Source: Azolla caroliniana | Lineage: Eukaryota; Plantae; Polypodiophyta | Length of the DNA stretch: 64,000 nt | Direction of reading: 5' to 3' | Assembly: GCA_043228905.1 (NCBI GenBank) | Contig: JBHGNT010000022.1 | Location: 62,001-126,000, forward strand | In this document: positions 11,240 to 24,182 of the stretch, piece by piece | Position numbering within the stretch: position 1 is the first letter of the stretch | Layout: each line of letters opens with the position of its first letter | The notes under the pieces: model-generated | The model's database searches: none | What the model saw: the letters and a program-made list of their open reading frames with translations, nothing else | What the model was told of the DNA's origin: nothing | Position numbers and translations under genes: made by a program

Positions 11240-14200
11240 TGACGCGAACTTGTCGTTCCTTATGTCCAACGCTCGGCCACAACCGAGATTCGTTTCATAC
11301 ACAGAAAAAACGGGAAATAGAACACGACACAAAGAAGAGAAATGGTACACATGAGGTTAACGTGGAAAAACCCCAAACTAGGGGAAAAAACCACAGCAGC
11401 CCACAGGCTGCAAATTGTCACTATGTATGAATGTACAAAACAGTGAGTTCTCGGAGGCAACGACCTCGGACTCACGCTCTTCGCCACAAGCGGCGGTTAC
11501 AACAAAGGCAACGACCTCTTTCTCTCTCTCTCACTCTGTACACTATTACGTGCTCTCTCTTCTTCTTGCACCAACAAGAAAAGTAAAACACACAGTTAAT
11601 TAGTTTTTCCCTAAGTCATATTTATACTAATATGACTTTTCGGCTATTTACAAATATAGCCACAATGGGCTCTCAGAAACATATTTACGAATATTTCTCT
11701 TCCTCCGGTTCATACCGGGTCTGCACCATCCGGCTCTCCGTAGCCAGGTACTCCTCATCTGGTTCATACCGGGCCTGCACCATCCGGCTCTCCGTAGCCG
11801 GGTGCTCCTCATCCGGTTCATACCGGTCCTGCACCATCTGGCTCTCCGTAGCCGGGTGCTCCTCATCCGGTTCATATCGGGCCTGCACCATCCGGCTCTC
11901 CGTAGCCGGGTGCTCCTCATACCGTTTTGGCCTCGGCCGAGTTTGTTCGTCGGCACTGTTCTTCTCCCTTCCCATCCGGAGGGACCTGTCTCCCAACAAA
12001 CTCCCCCTTCACTCCGGCATGGGGTGTCTTACCAGTCCGATTCTCTTCCGGCATGCATCTAGCTTGACGGGTGTCAGCACTTTGGTCAGCATATCTGACC
12101 CGTTCTCGGCCGTGTGGATCTTTGTTAGTGCGAACTCCTAGTCATCTACTCTTTCCCGGATCCAGTGATACCTCCGCTGGATATGCTTCATCCGGGAATG
12201 GTAGGCCGCATTCTTAGCAAGGTGGATGGCACTTTGACTATCGCAATAGAGTCGGTATTCCTCTTGCCGTATACCGAGCTCACCGATGAAGTCCTTCATC
12301 CATAAGGTTTCCTTGCCGGCTTCCACAGCTGCCATGTACTCCGCCTCCGTGGTTGACAATGGAATCGTCTTCTACAACCTCGACTGCCACGAAACAGCTC
12401 CCCCTGCATATGTCATCACATACCCGTATGTAGACCGGTTGGTATCCACATCAGCCGACATGTCCGAATCGGTGACACCGTCGAGTTGAGGTTTTCTGGA
12501 GCCGAATCGGAGACACATATTTGAAGTGCCCTTCAAATACCGGAGTATCCATTTGAGTGCGTTCCAGTGCTCCTTGCCAGGATTGCTCATGAACCGGATC
12601 ACCACTCCGACTGCGTATCCAATATCCGGTCAGGTACAAACCATTGCATACATCAAGCTCCCGACGGCAGAGGCATATGGAATCTTCATCATATCCGCCT
12701 TCTCTGCTTTCGTCTTCGGGCTTTGCTTGCCAGATAGCCTGCAGTTTGCCGGAAGTGTCGATCCGACCGGTTTCGCTTCTGACATGTTGAACCGATGAAG
12801 CACCTTTGTCACATACTTCTCCTGTGACAGCCATAGTTGCTTCTTTAACCGGTCCCGAATGATGTGCATCCCCAACATCTGTCTTGCCGGACCCAAGTCT
12901 TTCATTGAGAAGGTCCGGTTGAGAGCCTTCTTCAACATCCATATTTTGACTTGGTCACGTCCGACGATCAACATGTCATCCACGTATAGGAGTATTAGGA
13001 AGTCCCCTCCTTCGAACTTCTTCACAAACACGTAGTGATCGGCCTGCGTCTTGTGGTACCCTTGATCGTTCATGAAGGAGTCGAACTTCCGGTACCATTG
13101 TCGGGGAGCCTGCTTCAGTCCGTACAGGCTCTTCTTCAACCGGCATACCAGGTGCTCCTTCCCTTTCTCCACAAATCCTTCCGGTTGCTGCATGTAGATC
13201 TCCTCTTCGAGGTCGCCGTGAAGGAATGTCGTCTTCACGTCCAACTGCTCTACCTCGAGGTCCATGCTTGCTGGTATACTCAGCACCGTCCGGATGGAGG
13301 TCATCTTTACTACCGGGGTGAATATCTCGTCGAAGTCCACGCCCTTCTTCTGCTGGAACCCCTTCACCACGATCCTGACTTTGTATCTCGGGGGGTTGCC
13401 GGCATCTCCCGGTTTCAACTTGTACACCCACTTGTTTCGGAGTGCCCGCTTTCCTTTCGGCAGCTCCACCAATTCGTACGTATGGTTCTCATGCAGGGAA
13501 TCCATCTCGTCCTGCATGGCACTTAACCATTTTCGGCTATGGGTGTCATCCTCCACTTCTTTGAAGCTTTCCGGCTCCCCCTCATCGGTCAGCAGAACAT
13601 GCTCTGCATCCAGAAATCTTCGGGGGGCCCTTCTCTCTCTGAGAGGATATCTCCGTCTTCGGGCTTCGGTAACCGGCTCCTCTATTTGCTCTTCATCCGA
13701 ATTCGATTCGGAGTCTTGGCCGGTTCTGGTCTCAGCTTCCTCTACCTCTTCATCTGCCGGTTCGGTATCCTCACCGTAACCGGCTGGTTCCTCGAGTGCT
13801 AACCGGTCTCTTGCCGGTTGGGTCTACTCATTGTAGAGTCTATCCTTACCGGTCGACTCGGAGTTCATTTTCTTCTTCTCCGACTCCCAGTCGGCAAGCG
13901 TCTTGTCCTCCATGAAGATAATATCTCGACTCCGAAATACCTTCTTGTCGACCGGGTCCCACACTCGGTAGCCGAACTCATCGTCGCCGTAACCGAGGAA
14001 TATGCATGGCCAGGTCTTTGGATCTAACTTTCCTCTCCGGTCCTTTGCTACATGCACGTACGCGAGACACCCGAACACCTTCAGATGCCGGTAGGACACT
14101 TCCTTACCGGTCCATACTCTCTGTGGCGTGTCTCTGTCCAAGGGTACTGAGGGTGATCTGTTTATCACATATGCCGCCGTCGACAGTGCCTCAGCCCAAA

Positions 14201-16838
14201 ACTTCTTGGGTAGCTTTGCATGCGCTAGCATACTCCGGACCCTCTCCATTATGGTCTGGTTCATCCTCTCGGCCAGTCCGTTTAGTTCCGGCGTCTTCGG
14301 CACGGTAAATTCGAGCCAGACTCCCTTCGAGCGGCAGTACTCCTCAAACTGCCCTCGGTATTCTCCTCCGTTGTCTGCTCGAACCGCCTTCAGCTTCCGG
14401 CCGGTTTCTCTTTCCACTCTCACGTGGAGCTCTTTGAAGACGGATAACACCTGATCCTTCGTCTTCAGCGGTGTGGCCCACAGCTTCCGGCTGTGGTCAT
14501 CTATGAACGTCACGAAGTACTGCGCTCCGGCGTGTGACTTCGTCTCTACTTGACACACATCCGTATGCACCAACTCCACTGGTGCATTACGTCTCATCGG
14601 TGGCCTTGGTCGGAAGGCGGTCCGGTTCTGCTTACCGGCCAGACAATCAGTGCACTTCTCTAACTGCACGTTCTTCACTGGAATGAGGTTGTCGTCTACA
14701 AGCCTCTTCATCCCCTTCTCGCTCATATGACACAGCCTCTTGTGGCACAGCTCACTGGCAGTGTCGGATGCCACATTCACTTCTTCCGGACATAATCGGG
14801 CATTCATCAAGTACAACGTGTTTACCTTCCGGGCCCGAGCCACAATCAGGCTCCCTTTGCTGAACTTCATGACACCGTTCCGGATGCTACCCGTGTAGCC
14901 TTCATCATCTAGCCGACCGGCTGATATCAGGTTCAGACGAACTTCCGGAACATGTCGGACATCCTTCAGCAGCAACTTGCATCCGGTTGGTGTTGTCAGC
15001 CACACGTCTCCCATGCCGACAATTTGGCATGTTCCTTCATTCCCCATCCGGACACAGCCGTGATCACCGGCTGAGTAGGATGAGAAGCATTTCCGGTCCG
15101 GGGTAAGGTGGAACGACACTCTGGAGTCTACCACCCAGGTCATCTCGTCGCCGGCAAGGTTTATCTCACTCTCCTCGGTGATGAGCATCAACTCTTCTTC
15201 ACTTGCTGCGATTGCCGTCGTTCCCTTCCGGTCCGGCCCCCTCCGGTCTTTACCGTTCTGGTCTGTACCGTTCCGGTTCTGGGTTTGCTTCGAATCGGTA
15301 CCGTTGGTTTCCTTGTCTTTACGGAAATGCCGACTGTTCTTTTGGAAGTGACCCGGCTTGCCGCAATAGAAGCAAGTAGGCCTCCCCCTTGACTTTGACC
15401 GTGTCCCCGACTTCTCCCGGTTCTGGGGACTACAGTTTCTATGTCTTCCGCGTTCCGATTCGGTAAGGAGCGCTTTGGAGTCGGAGCTCGTATCTTTGTC
15501 TTTCCGACGCGCCTCCTCATCTAGCAAGCTCGACTTTACTCTTGCTAGGGATAACCGTTTTCCTTCCGGCCCGGCGTTGCCCAAAGTGACAACCAACGTC
15601 TCCTAGCTATCCGGGAGGGAACCGAGCAGGAGTAGCGCTAGTACCTCATCGGCAAGAGGTACTTCCAATGACGTTGCTTGGTGTATCAGCCCCTGGAAGG
15701 CATTCATGTGCTCCGCCATGCTGGAGCCATCTTGGTACCGGAGTCTTACTAGCTTCCGGAATACCGACACCTGATTGACAGCATTTTTGTTCTGGAACAT
15801 TATGCGGATCTTCTCCTAGAGCTCATGAGCCTTGCTCTCTTCATTGAAGTTGTTGTATAGGCTCATGTCGATGAAGCACTGTATGTACGCCGTTGTCTTC
15901 ATGTGCATCACCTCCCATATCGCGGCGTCGATTTTTTCCGGTCTCTTGTCCCCGAACTGAACCGGTAGCCAGAGGTCTTTAACAACGAGCATGTCCCTCA
16001 TCTTCGACTTCCATACTGAATAGTTGGAGGCGGTGAGCTTGAACATGCCGCCAAATGATTCGTCCATTTTCTGTGTCGATTTTGCTCTGATACCACTTGA
16101 CGCGAACTTGTCGTTCCTTATGTCCAACGCTCGGCCACAACCGAGATTCTTTTCAAACACAGAAAAAACAGGAAACAGAACACGACACAAAGAAGAGAAA
16201 TGGTACACAGGAGGTTAACGTGGAAAAACCCCAAACTAGGGGAAAAAACCACGGCAGCCCACAGGCTACAAACTGTCACTATGTATGAATGTACAAAACA
16301 GTGAGTTCTCGGAGGCAACGACCTCGGACTTACGCTCTTCGCCACAAGCGGCGGTTACAACAGAGGCAACGACCTCTTTCTCTCTCTCTCACTCTGTACA
16401 CTATTACGTGCTCTCTCTTCTTCTTGCACCAACAAGAAAAGTAAAACACACAGTTAATTAGTTTTGCCCTAAGTCATATTTATACTAATATGACTTTTCG
16501 GCTATTTACAAATATAGCCACAATGGGCTCTCAGAAACATATTTACGAATATGTCTCTTCCTCCGGTTCATACCGGGTCTGCACCATCCGGCTCTCCGTA
16601 GCCAGGTACTCCTCATCCAGCATCCGGCTCTCCGTAGCCGGGTACTCCTCATCCGGTTCATACCGGGCCTGCACCATCCGGCTCTCCGTAGCCGGGTGCT
16701 CCTCATCCGGTTCATACCGGGCCTGCACCATCCGGCTCTCCGTAGCCGGGTGCTCCTCATACCGTTTTGGCCTCGGCCGAGTTTGTTCGTCGGCACTGTT
16801 CTTCTCCCTTCCCATACGGAGGGACCTGTCTCCCAACA
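11240..16838 (-). mobile_element. Ty1/copia family B copy B2, full length (LTRs 11240-11998 and 16098-16838)
   Basis: TSD TATAA at 11235-11239 and 16839-16843. Minus-strand PBS TGGTATCAGAGC at 16084-16095 and PPT at about 11999-12017. ORFs 13824-15596 (gag-PR-INT) and 12630-13556 (RT). LTRs are near-identical. Confidence 0.97.
11704..11920. repeat. Four 54-bp tandem units in the B2 LTR (second array about 16562-16760)
   Basis: Unit TCCGGTTCATACCGGGCCTGCACCATCCGGCTCTCCGTAGCCGGGTGCTCCTCA. It gives the 18-aa periodicity of ORF 11685-11999. One unit is 18 bp shorter in the other LTR. Confidence 0.95.
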
Positions 16839-17681
16839 TATAAAAGTGTTCATTGAACACACATATGTATAGAGTGTGGTGAATAGAGATTGTGTACCTT
16901 TTTTTGAATACAGTTCTTGTTTTCCTCTCTCACTCTCTCTGTCTCTCCCGCGTATACTGCGTAAGCTCAAGCTCTCCATTAAACTTGAGTTTTCTTCCTT
17001 CTATTCGGTCTTCATACTTGCTTCCGCACGTTACTTTTTACACATGCTCTATCGTTGTTTGTGTGTGTACGTGCATTCACTCCCTATTTCCCATTTCTAT
17101 GTTTGATTCTCATAGAAGTGATTCAAGACTTGGTTGTGGCCGAGCAATATTCCACGCTATTCTCTTCAATTTGGTATCAGAGGGAACAACACAGGAAATG
17201 GAAGAATTGTTCGGCGGCATGTTCAAGCTCACCAGGTCCAACTACTCAGTGTGGAAGTCGATGATGAGGGATATGCTGGTGGTTAAAGATCTTTGGTTGC
17301 CGGTTCAATTTGGGGACAAGAGATCGGATAAGATCGACGCCACTGTGTGGGAGCTGATGCACATGAAGATGACGGCATACATCCGGTGCTTCATCGACAT
17401 GAGCTTGTACAACCATTTCAAAGAAGAAAGTAAGGCTCATGAACTCTGGGAGAAGATCGGCATCATGTTCCAGAACAAGAATGTTGTTAATCGGGTTTCG
17501 GTATTCCGGAAGCTAGTGAGGCTCCGGTACCAAGATGGCTCCAGTATGGCGGAGCACATGAATGCCTTCCAGGGATTCATCCACCAGGAAACCTCGTTGG
17601 AAGTACCTCTTGCCAATGAGGTACTTGCATTGCTCCTGCTCGGTTCCCTCCTAGATAGCTGGGAGACGTTGGTTGTCACGT

Positions 17682-18367
17682 TGTCGTGAAGAAAACCGTC
17701 CCCAGGCGCAAACCGTGTATAGCGTGTGTGAACCGGCCCTTACACGAGGGCACGTCCCTTGTTGTATAGTAGATAGGTAGGCACAAAAGTCAAATCCTAG
17801 GTAGCAATATTCTATAGGGAGAATCGAGGAGTATCTTTGTCCGAAAGGACAGAGAATTAATGTGATGTAGACGGGTGAAAACGGTCTCCCTCCTTGAGCT
17901 ATAAAAGAGAGGGAGACGGGGGAGAGAAGGTATCACGCGCGAGAGGGGACGAAGTGTTGTCGGACTGGGACCGAGCGCTTCTTTGTTGTTCTCCGTAGCT
18001 TTATTTTGCGCAGGTTCTCGAGAGGCTGATTCTGCTCCGTGGAACACCCGTGTGCTTCCGACAGAATCTCCATCTCGCTCCCCTACACGTGTGGGTGATC
18101 AGGCGTCGGTATCCATCTAGCTGGCCTGATCGGTTGTAACTGTTCGCGTCGTCTGCATACTTATTTTATATACATACACTGGTGTTCTTATACTCTATTT
18201 CCCATTCAACTCGTGTCTCATGTGTTGTTGGACCGCGTTCCCGTGCGCTTCTTTGTCTATACGTGTGTGAGTGTGTCTCTCTCTCTCTCCCTTTTCTCAC
18301 TTATTCCTCGGTCCAAGACCCCAGTGGTCCTGCCTTGTTCTCCACGCACAAGCGTAACAACGCGACA
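17682..18367 (+). mobile_element. Solo LTR related to the Trp-PBS group
   Basis: TGTCGTGAAG...CGCGACA termini as at 26151-31127, TATAAAAG near 17900, 4-bp TSD ACGT/ACGC. Removing it restores B1 gag VVTLGN. Confidence 0.88.
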
Positions 18368-18722
18368 ACGCTAGGCAACGTCGGGCCGAAAGGAAAACAG
18401 TTGTCCCTAGCAAGGGTAAAATCAAGCTTGCTAGATGAAGAAGCTCGCTGGAAGGACCAGGAGTCCGGAACCGATCCGAAAGCCTTGGTCACGGAAGATG
18501 ACCACAACCGGGGAAGAGGCCGGTATCGGAGTCCCCAAAACCGGGACAAATCGGGGACAAGGTTGAAGTCAAGCAGGAGGCCCACGTGCTTCTATGGCGG
18601 GAAGCCGGGAAACTTCCAGAAGGACTGTCGGCATTTCCAGAAAGACAAAGAAACCGGCACTACCGATTCGAAGAAGAGTTCGGGCCGAAACGGTTCGAAC
18701 CGGAGAGGCCCGGATCGAACGG

Positions 18723-19143
18723 TGTAAAAACGAAGGTGCGGAAGCGTTAGACAACCAACTTAGCCGGATAGCAACAGAGAGAAAGAGATTAACACACAGA
18801 AGATACGCAGGAGAGACAGAGACAGAGAAAGAGCAGAACAACTTAAATCTATTATCAACAACTCTGTAAAATTCTCTGTATCTACAACGTGCTCAACAAC
18901 ACTATTTATAGAAGTCCTAAGAGGACTCACAGAAGTATAGTGTACTTCAATGCTCACATGACTGTCTGACACTAACTACGAGACATTAACTACCTAGTAG
19001 TTTAGGCTGCTACTAGGCTTCCGGTTACTACTTGATCCAGCTAACCGGCTCCCCAGCTAACTGGCTCACTTGCTCACCGGCTCACCGATCTGGCTTATCC
19101 TTCCGGATGCCGATCCGGATCCAGTTGAGCTTGCCGCTCAATA
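18723..19143 (-). mobile_element. Solo LTR, copia family A-related
   Basis: Reverse complement has CAAGCTCAAC near the start and GCTTCCGCAC...TTTTACA at the end. TSD is imperfect (GAACGG/GAAGG). B1 gag resumes at 19144. Confidence 0.82.
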
Positions 19144-22100
19144 GAAGGGAACGTCGGCAATCGTGACAAGTGAAGAAGAACTGATGCTCATTACCGAGGA
19201 CAATGAGTTAAACCTTGTCAGTGACCAGACAACATGGGTTGTCGATTCCGGAGCGTCGTTCCACCTAACACCGGACCAGAGATGCTTCTCATCCTACACA
19301 GCAGGAGATCATGGTTGTGTCCGGATGGGGAATGAAGGGACCTGCCGAATTGTCGGCATAGGAGAGGATGCAAGTTGTTGCGAAAGGATGTCTGACACGT
19401 TCCGGAGGTCCGACTGAACCTGATATCAGCCGGTTGGCTAGATGATAAAGGCTACACGGGTAATAATGGCTGGAGCCCAGAAGGTCAACACACTGTACTT
19501 GATGAATGCCCAGATATGCCGGGAAGAATTGAACATAGCATCCGTATGTGAGCTGTGGCATAAAAGACTATGTCATATGAGCTAGAAGGGGATGAAGAGA
19601 CTTGCCGAAGACAATATCATTCCAGTGAAGGACGTGCAACTTGAGAAGTGCATTGATTGCTTGGCCAGCAAGCAAAACCGAACCTCCTTCCGGTCAAGAC
19701 CACCGATGAGACAGAATGCACCACTGGAGTTAGTGCATACTCATGTGTGTCAAGTGGACACGAAGTCACATGCCGGATCCCAGTACTTCGTGATGTTCAT
19801 AAATGACCACAATCAGAAGTTGTGGGTCTCACCGTTGACGACGAAGGATCAGGTGTTATTCATCTTCAAGGAACTCCACGCGAGAGTGGAAAGAGAAACT
19901 GGCTGGAAGCTGAAGGCTGTTCGAGCAGATAACGGAGGAGAATACTAGGGGCAGTTCGAGGAGTACTATCAGTCGAAGGGAATCTGGCTCGAATTCACCA
20001 TGTCGAAGACGCCGGAATTGTACGGGTTGGCCGAACAAATGAACCAGACCGTGATGGAGAGAGTCCGAAGCATGCTAGCACATGCCAAGTTACCCTCACT
20101 ATCCTTGGACATTTTGGGTTGTGGCATTGATGACAACGACCTATGTGATAAACAGATCACCGTTAGTACCCTTGGACGGAAAATCACTGTAGAAATTTTG
20201 GACCAATAAGGACGTATCCTAACGGCATCTAAAGGTGTTTAGATGTCTCGCTTACATGCATGTGGGAAAGGACAAGAGAGCAAAGTTGGATCTGAAGTCT
20301 CGACCATGCATATTCCTTGGATACGATGATGATGAGTTCGGTTACCTGGTGTGGGATTTGGTCGATAAGAAGGGTGTTCCGAAGTCGGGACATAGTCTTC
20401 ATGGAAGACAGGACCATTGCCGACTGGGAGTCGGAGAAAAGGATGACACTCGAAGAACCGGCTGGATATGTACAAAAAACTGAACCGACCGAAGAAGAAG
20501 AAGAAGAAGAAGACACCAGAACCGGACAAGATCTCGAATCAGATTTGGATGAGGAACAAACGGAGGAACCTATAGTCAGAAACCAAGGACGGAGATATCC
20601 TCTCCGAGAGAGAAGAGCCCCCTGGAGATTTCCTGATGTAGAGCACATATTGTTGACCAATGAGGGGGAGCCAGAAATCTTCGAAGAAGCAAAGAGAGAC
20701 ACCCACAGCCGCAAATAGTTGAGTGCCATGCAAGATGAGATGGATTCCCTGCATGAGAAACACGCGTATGAACTAACTGAATTGCCGAAAGGAAAGAGGG
20801 CACTCCGGAACAAGTGGGTGTACAAGCTGAAACCGGGAGATGCCAGAAACCCATTGAGATACAAAGCCTGGATCGTGGTGAAGGGGTTCCAGCAGAAAAA
20901 AGGAGGGGATCTCGACGAGATCTTTGCCCCGGTAGTAAAGAGGACATCCATCCGAACGGTATGGGGATAGTAGCAAGCATGGACCTCGAGGTAGAGCAAT
21001 TGGACATCAAGACGACATTCCTACATGGCGACCATGAAGAAGAGATCTACATGCATCAACCAGAAGGATTTGAGAAGAAAGGGAAGGAGCACCTGGTGTG
21101 CCAGCTAAAGAAGAGCTTATACAGATTGAAGCAAGCCCCCCAGCAATGGTACCGGAAGTTCGACTCCTTCATGACCAACCAAGGGTACCACAAGATGCAA
21201 GCCGATCACTGCATGTTTGTGAAGAAATTTGACGGAGGATATTTGCTGATACTCCTCCTATATGTGGATGATATGTTGATCGTCGGACGAGACCAAGGCA
21301 AGATTCGGATGCTGAAGAAGGCTCTGAACCAGACCTTCTCAATGAAAGACTTGGGCCTGGCATGATAGATATTGGGAATGCACATCATCCAGGACCGATC
21401 GAAGAAGCTGTTGTGGTTGTCACAGGAGACGTACGTGACAAAGGTGCTTCAACGGTTGAACATGTCAGAGGCGAAACCGGTCGGATCGACACTTCCAGCA
21501 AACTGCAAGCTATCCAGAAAACAAAGCCCGAGGACAAAGGCGGAGAAGGCGGATATGATGAAGATACCATATGCCTCTACCATCAGGAGCTTGATGTACG
21601 TATGTACCATGCCGGATATCGGATATGCAGTCAGAGTGGTGAGCCGGTTCATGAGCAATCCCGGAAAAAGCACTGGAACGTGGTCAAGAGGATACTCCGG
21701 TATCTGAAAGGCACCTCGAGTATGTGCCTCTGGTTCGGCTCTCATAATCCCTAACTTGATGGATTCACAGATTCAGATATGTCGGCTGATGCGGATACCA
21801 ACCGGTCAACATCTAGATATGTCATGACTTATGCAGGGGGAGCTGTTTCCTGGCAGTCGATGCTGCAAAAGACGGTTGCATTGTCAACCACGGAGGCGGA
21901 GTACATAGTAGTTGTAGAAGCCAGCAAGGAGATGATCTGGATGAAGGACTTCATCGGAGAGCTAGGGATCCAACAAGAGGAATATCGGCTCTACTACGAT
22001 AGTCAAAGTGTCATCCACCTTACAAAGAACACAGCCTACCATTCTTGGAGGAAATATAACCAACAGAGGTACCACTGGATCTGGGAGAGAGTAGAAGATC

Positions 22101-22758
22101 AAGAGTTCGTGTTGACGAAGATCCACATGAAGGAGAACGGGTTGGATATGTTGACCAAGGTGTTGACAACCGACAAGCTGGATGCGTGCCGAAAGCAGAT
22201 CGAGCTGGCAAGACATCCCATGCCAGAGTGAAGGGGGAGATTGTTGGGAAATCGGTCGCTCAGTATGGGATCCGGTGATGGATGAAGAGGACCCGATGAG
22301 AATCGGAAGAGAAGACATATTTGTAAATATGTATTCAGTAAGCCTATTGAGGCTATATTTGTAAATAGCCCTAAGTTCATATAAGTATAAATATGACTTA
22401 GGGCAATCACTTTACTAACGTTGTTGTCATGTTGTTGTATGTGTATAATTGTTGTATAGAGAGAGAGAGAGAGAGAGAGATACTCTATTGTAACCGCCGG
22501 TTGGCGAAGATACAAAGCTCGAGGTCATTGCCTCCGAGTCTCTATTTGTACCTTTCTTATATAGCGACAATTTGGAGTCTGTGGGCTCCCGTGGTTTTTC
22601 CCTATTAGGTTTTTCCACGTAAACATGTTGTGTATGCTCTATCGTTGTTTGTGTGTGTACGTGCGTTCACTCCCTGCTTCCCATTTCTGTGTTTGATTCT
22701 CATAGAAGTGATTCAAGACGTGGTTGTTACCCAGCAATATTCCGCGCTATTCTCTTCA

Positions 22759-23022
22759 TCGGAGACAAACGGAATTCTATTAAGTGCAATGATACACAGA
22801 ATTTCGATTAGGTTTACAAGCTTTCCATGGCCCTTTATATAGGCTCATGGACGGTTACGTCTATTCGTGAACCGTTATGATTATTCAATATTTTTTTCTA
22901 TTTAAACAATTGTCTATTTCTTGCCTACTAAATACTCGGCCCTACCCATTCCTTCTACTCTTTCTAACCGTCGTCCATCCTTTCTATACTTGGATGTCCG
23001 ACCCGGCCAATAGCTAGCAACA
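22759..23022 (-). mobile_element. Partial LTR into which B1 inserted
   Basis: Ends in ...CAACA at 23022 and has minus-strand CCTATATAAAGGG near 22835. Family unassigned. Confidence 0.5.
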
Positions 23023-23024
23023 TG

Positions 23025-23420
23025 AGATTATGTAGAGTGCAACAACATGTTCTAAATGGTGATCCTAGTATTAGTTGCGGCAATGTTCGAAGTATGAAAG
23101 GTGCATCTAGAAGAAATACATTGGGTTGGATAAAAATCTACCTTAAGCTTAATTGTGAAGTAATGTAAACTACTCGTAGGTTCCATCTTTCAGATAATTA
23201 CACACGACGGGAAGTTTATGATGCTTATAGAGTGGAGATGTGTACATCAAGTGATAAGTATGTCACCTACAATTAGTTCACAAGATTGTGGTCAACACAA
23301 TTTAATAATGTTATTATACCTTGAAAAGGACGCATGAGGTATTGTTCAATATGTGCAAACCTAAAGAGCATGGCTAAAGGTGCAAAGACATCAAAGGAGA
23401 AGTCCAAGAGCTCATGGGAC
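23025..23420 (+). pseudogene. Fragment of a Sola/DUF7869-like DNA-transposon protein
   Basis: One frame reads W..Y...NCEVM*...FHLSDNYTRREVYDAYRVEM...FTRLWSTQFNNVIIP*..R..YCSICANL, which fits the recalled HLP...VY..Y / F..LW...F..V.IP...CxxC pattern. Three in-frame stops. Confidence 0.5.
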
Positions 23421-23869
23421 AAGCATTCTTGATTGGAGTCAATTAGCTGCACCAATTCCCAGATATACCAGCAGTAACTCATGAATTTGTGGCCGTTTTA
23501 TAGTTTGGTAGGAGTTATGATCTCGTGTAGTGGGTAGGCCACTGAACAACCTTTGCAACCTCCCGACTAGCAGAGGAACATAAAAAAAGGGAGATGGTTA
23601 AAAGGCAATGATCAGAAAGACCAAGTTCAAGCAGCGTAGACGACCTAAGATGACCTAAGTGGAGATGTTGTCACTCACAAACATCTAGTTGCACCTCAGA
23701 AAGCAGCTCAGGACATGGCTTAGGTGAGTAAGAGCATGAGGAAAGTGTTCGACCATATGGACAAAGCATCATTGGAGGCCAATGCAAAAATCAACTTAAA
23801 GCAAGAAAATGCTTCTTCAAGATGGATGAGAGGATTATGGAGTTCAAGAGGATCTTAAGGAAGATTTTG

Positions 23870-24182
23870 CATTTACTTGTCTAAGGTTGAGTACATATCC
23901 AAAGTACTCAAGAGTTTTAATATGGAGAATGCAAAGCCGTTGAGCACTCCATTGCCTACATATGTAAAGCTGAGCGCATGTGATTGCCCCACATCTGATG
24001 AGGACAAGGAATTCATGACCAAGGTTCCTTATCAATCTGCGATTGGTAGTCTCATGTACGCCATGGTAGCTGCTAGACTAGACATTGCATTTGTTGTGGG
24101 AGCGGTAAGTCGATTCATGTCAAATCCTGGTAAGAAACATTGGGCTACACTCAAATTAATAATGAGATATCTGAGTGGCACT
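23870..24182 (+). pseudogene. Copia RT C-terminal fragment
   Basis: KVPYQSAIGSLMYAMVAARLDIAFVVGAVSRFMSNPGKKHW, cut by the LTR at 24183. Confidence 0.88.

Larger units (their letters stand above)
5498..17042 (+). mobile_element. Ty1/copia family A copy A2, full length (5' LTR 5498-6091; 3' LTR 10984-11239 + 16844-17042)
   Basis: TSD CATGC at 5493-5497 and 17043-17047, PBS TGGTATCAGAGC at 6092, PPT GAAGGGGAG at 10975-10983, TG...CA termini. Confidence 0.97.
5023..22758 (+). mobile_element. Ty1/copia family B copy B1 (Tnt1/Tork-like), decayed; 5' LTR split (5023-5497 + 17048-17168), 3' LTR 22242-22758
   Basis: PBS TGGTATCAGAG at 17172. gag MEELFGGMFKLTRSNYSVWK, integrase and RT (LYVDDML) fragments carry many stops. 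PPT GAGTGAAGGGGGAG precedes 22242. The split LTR pieces align to the 3' LTR. Confidence 0.92.

Noticed and set aside
11632-12141. Repetitive ORFs or a CRISPR-like array in the B2 LTRs
   Set aside because: Head-to-tail 54-bp units without spacers, inside eukaryotic LTRs. The ORFs arise because the unit length is a multiple of three and has no stops.
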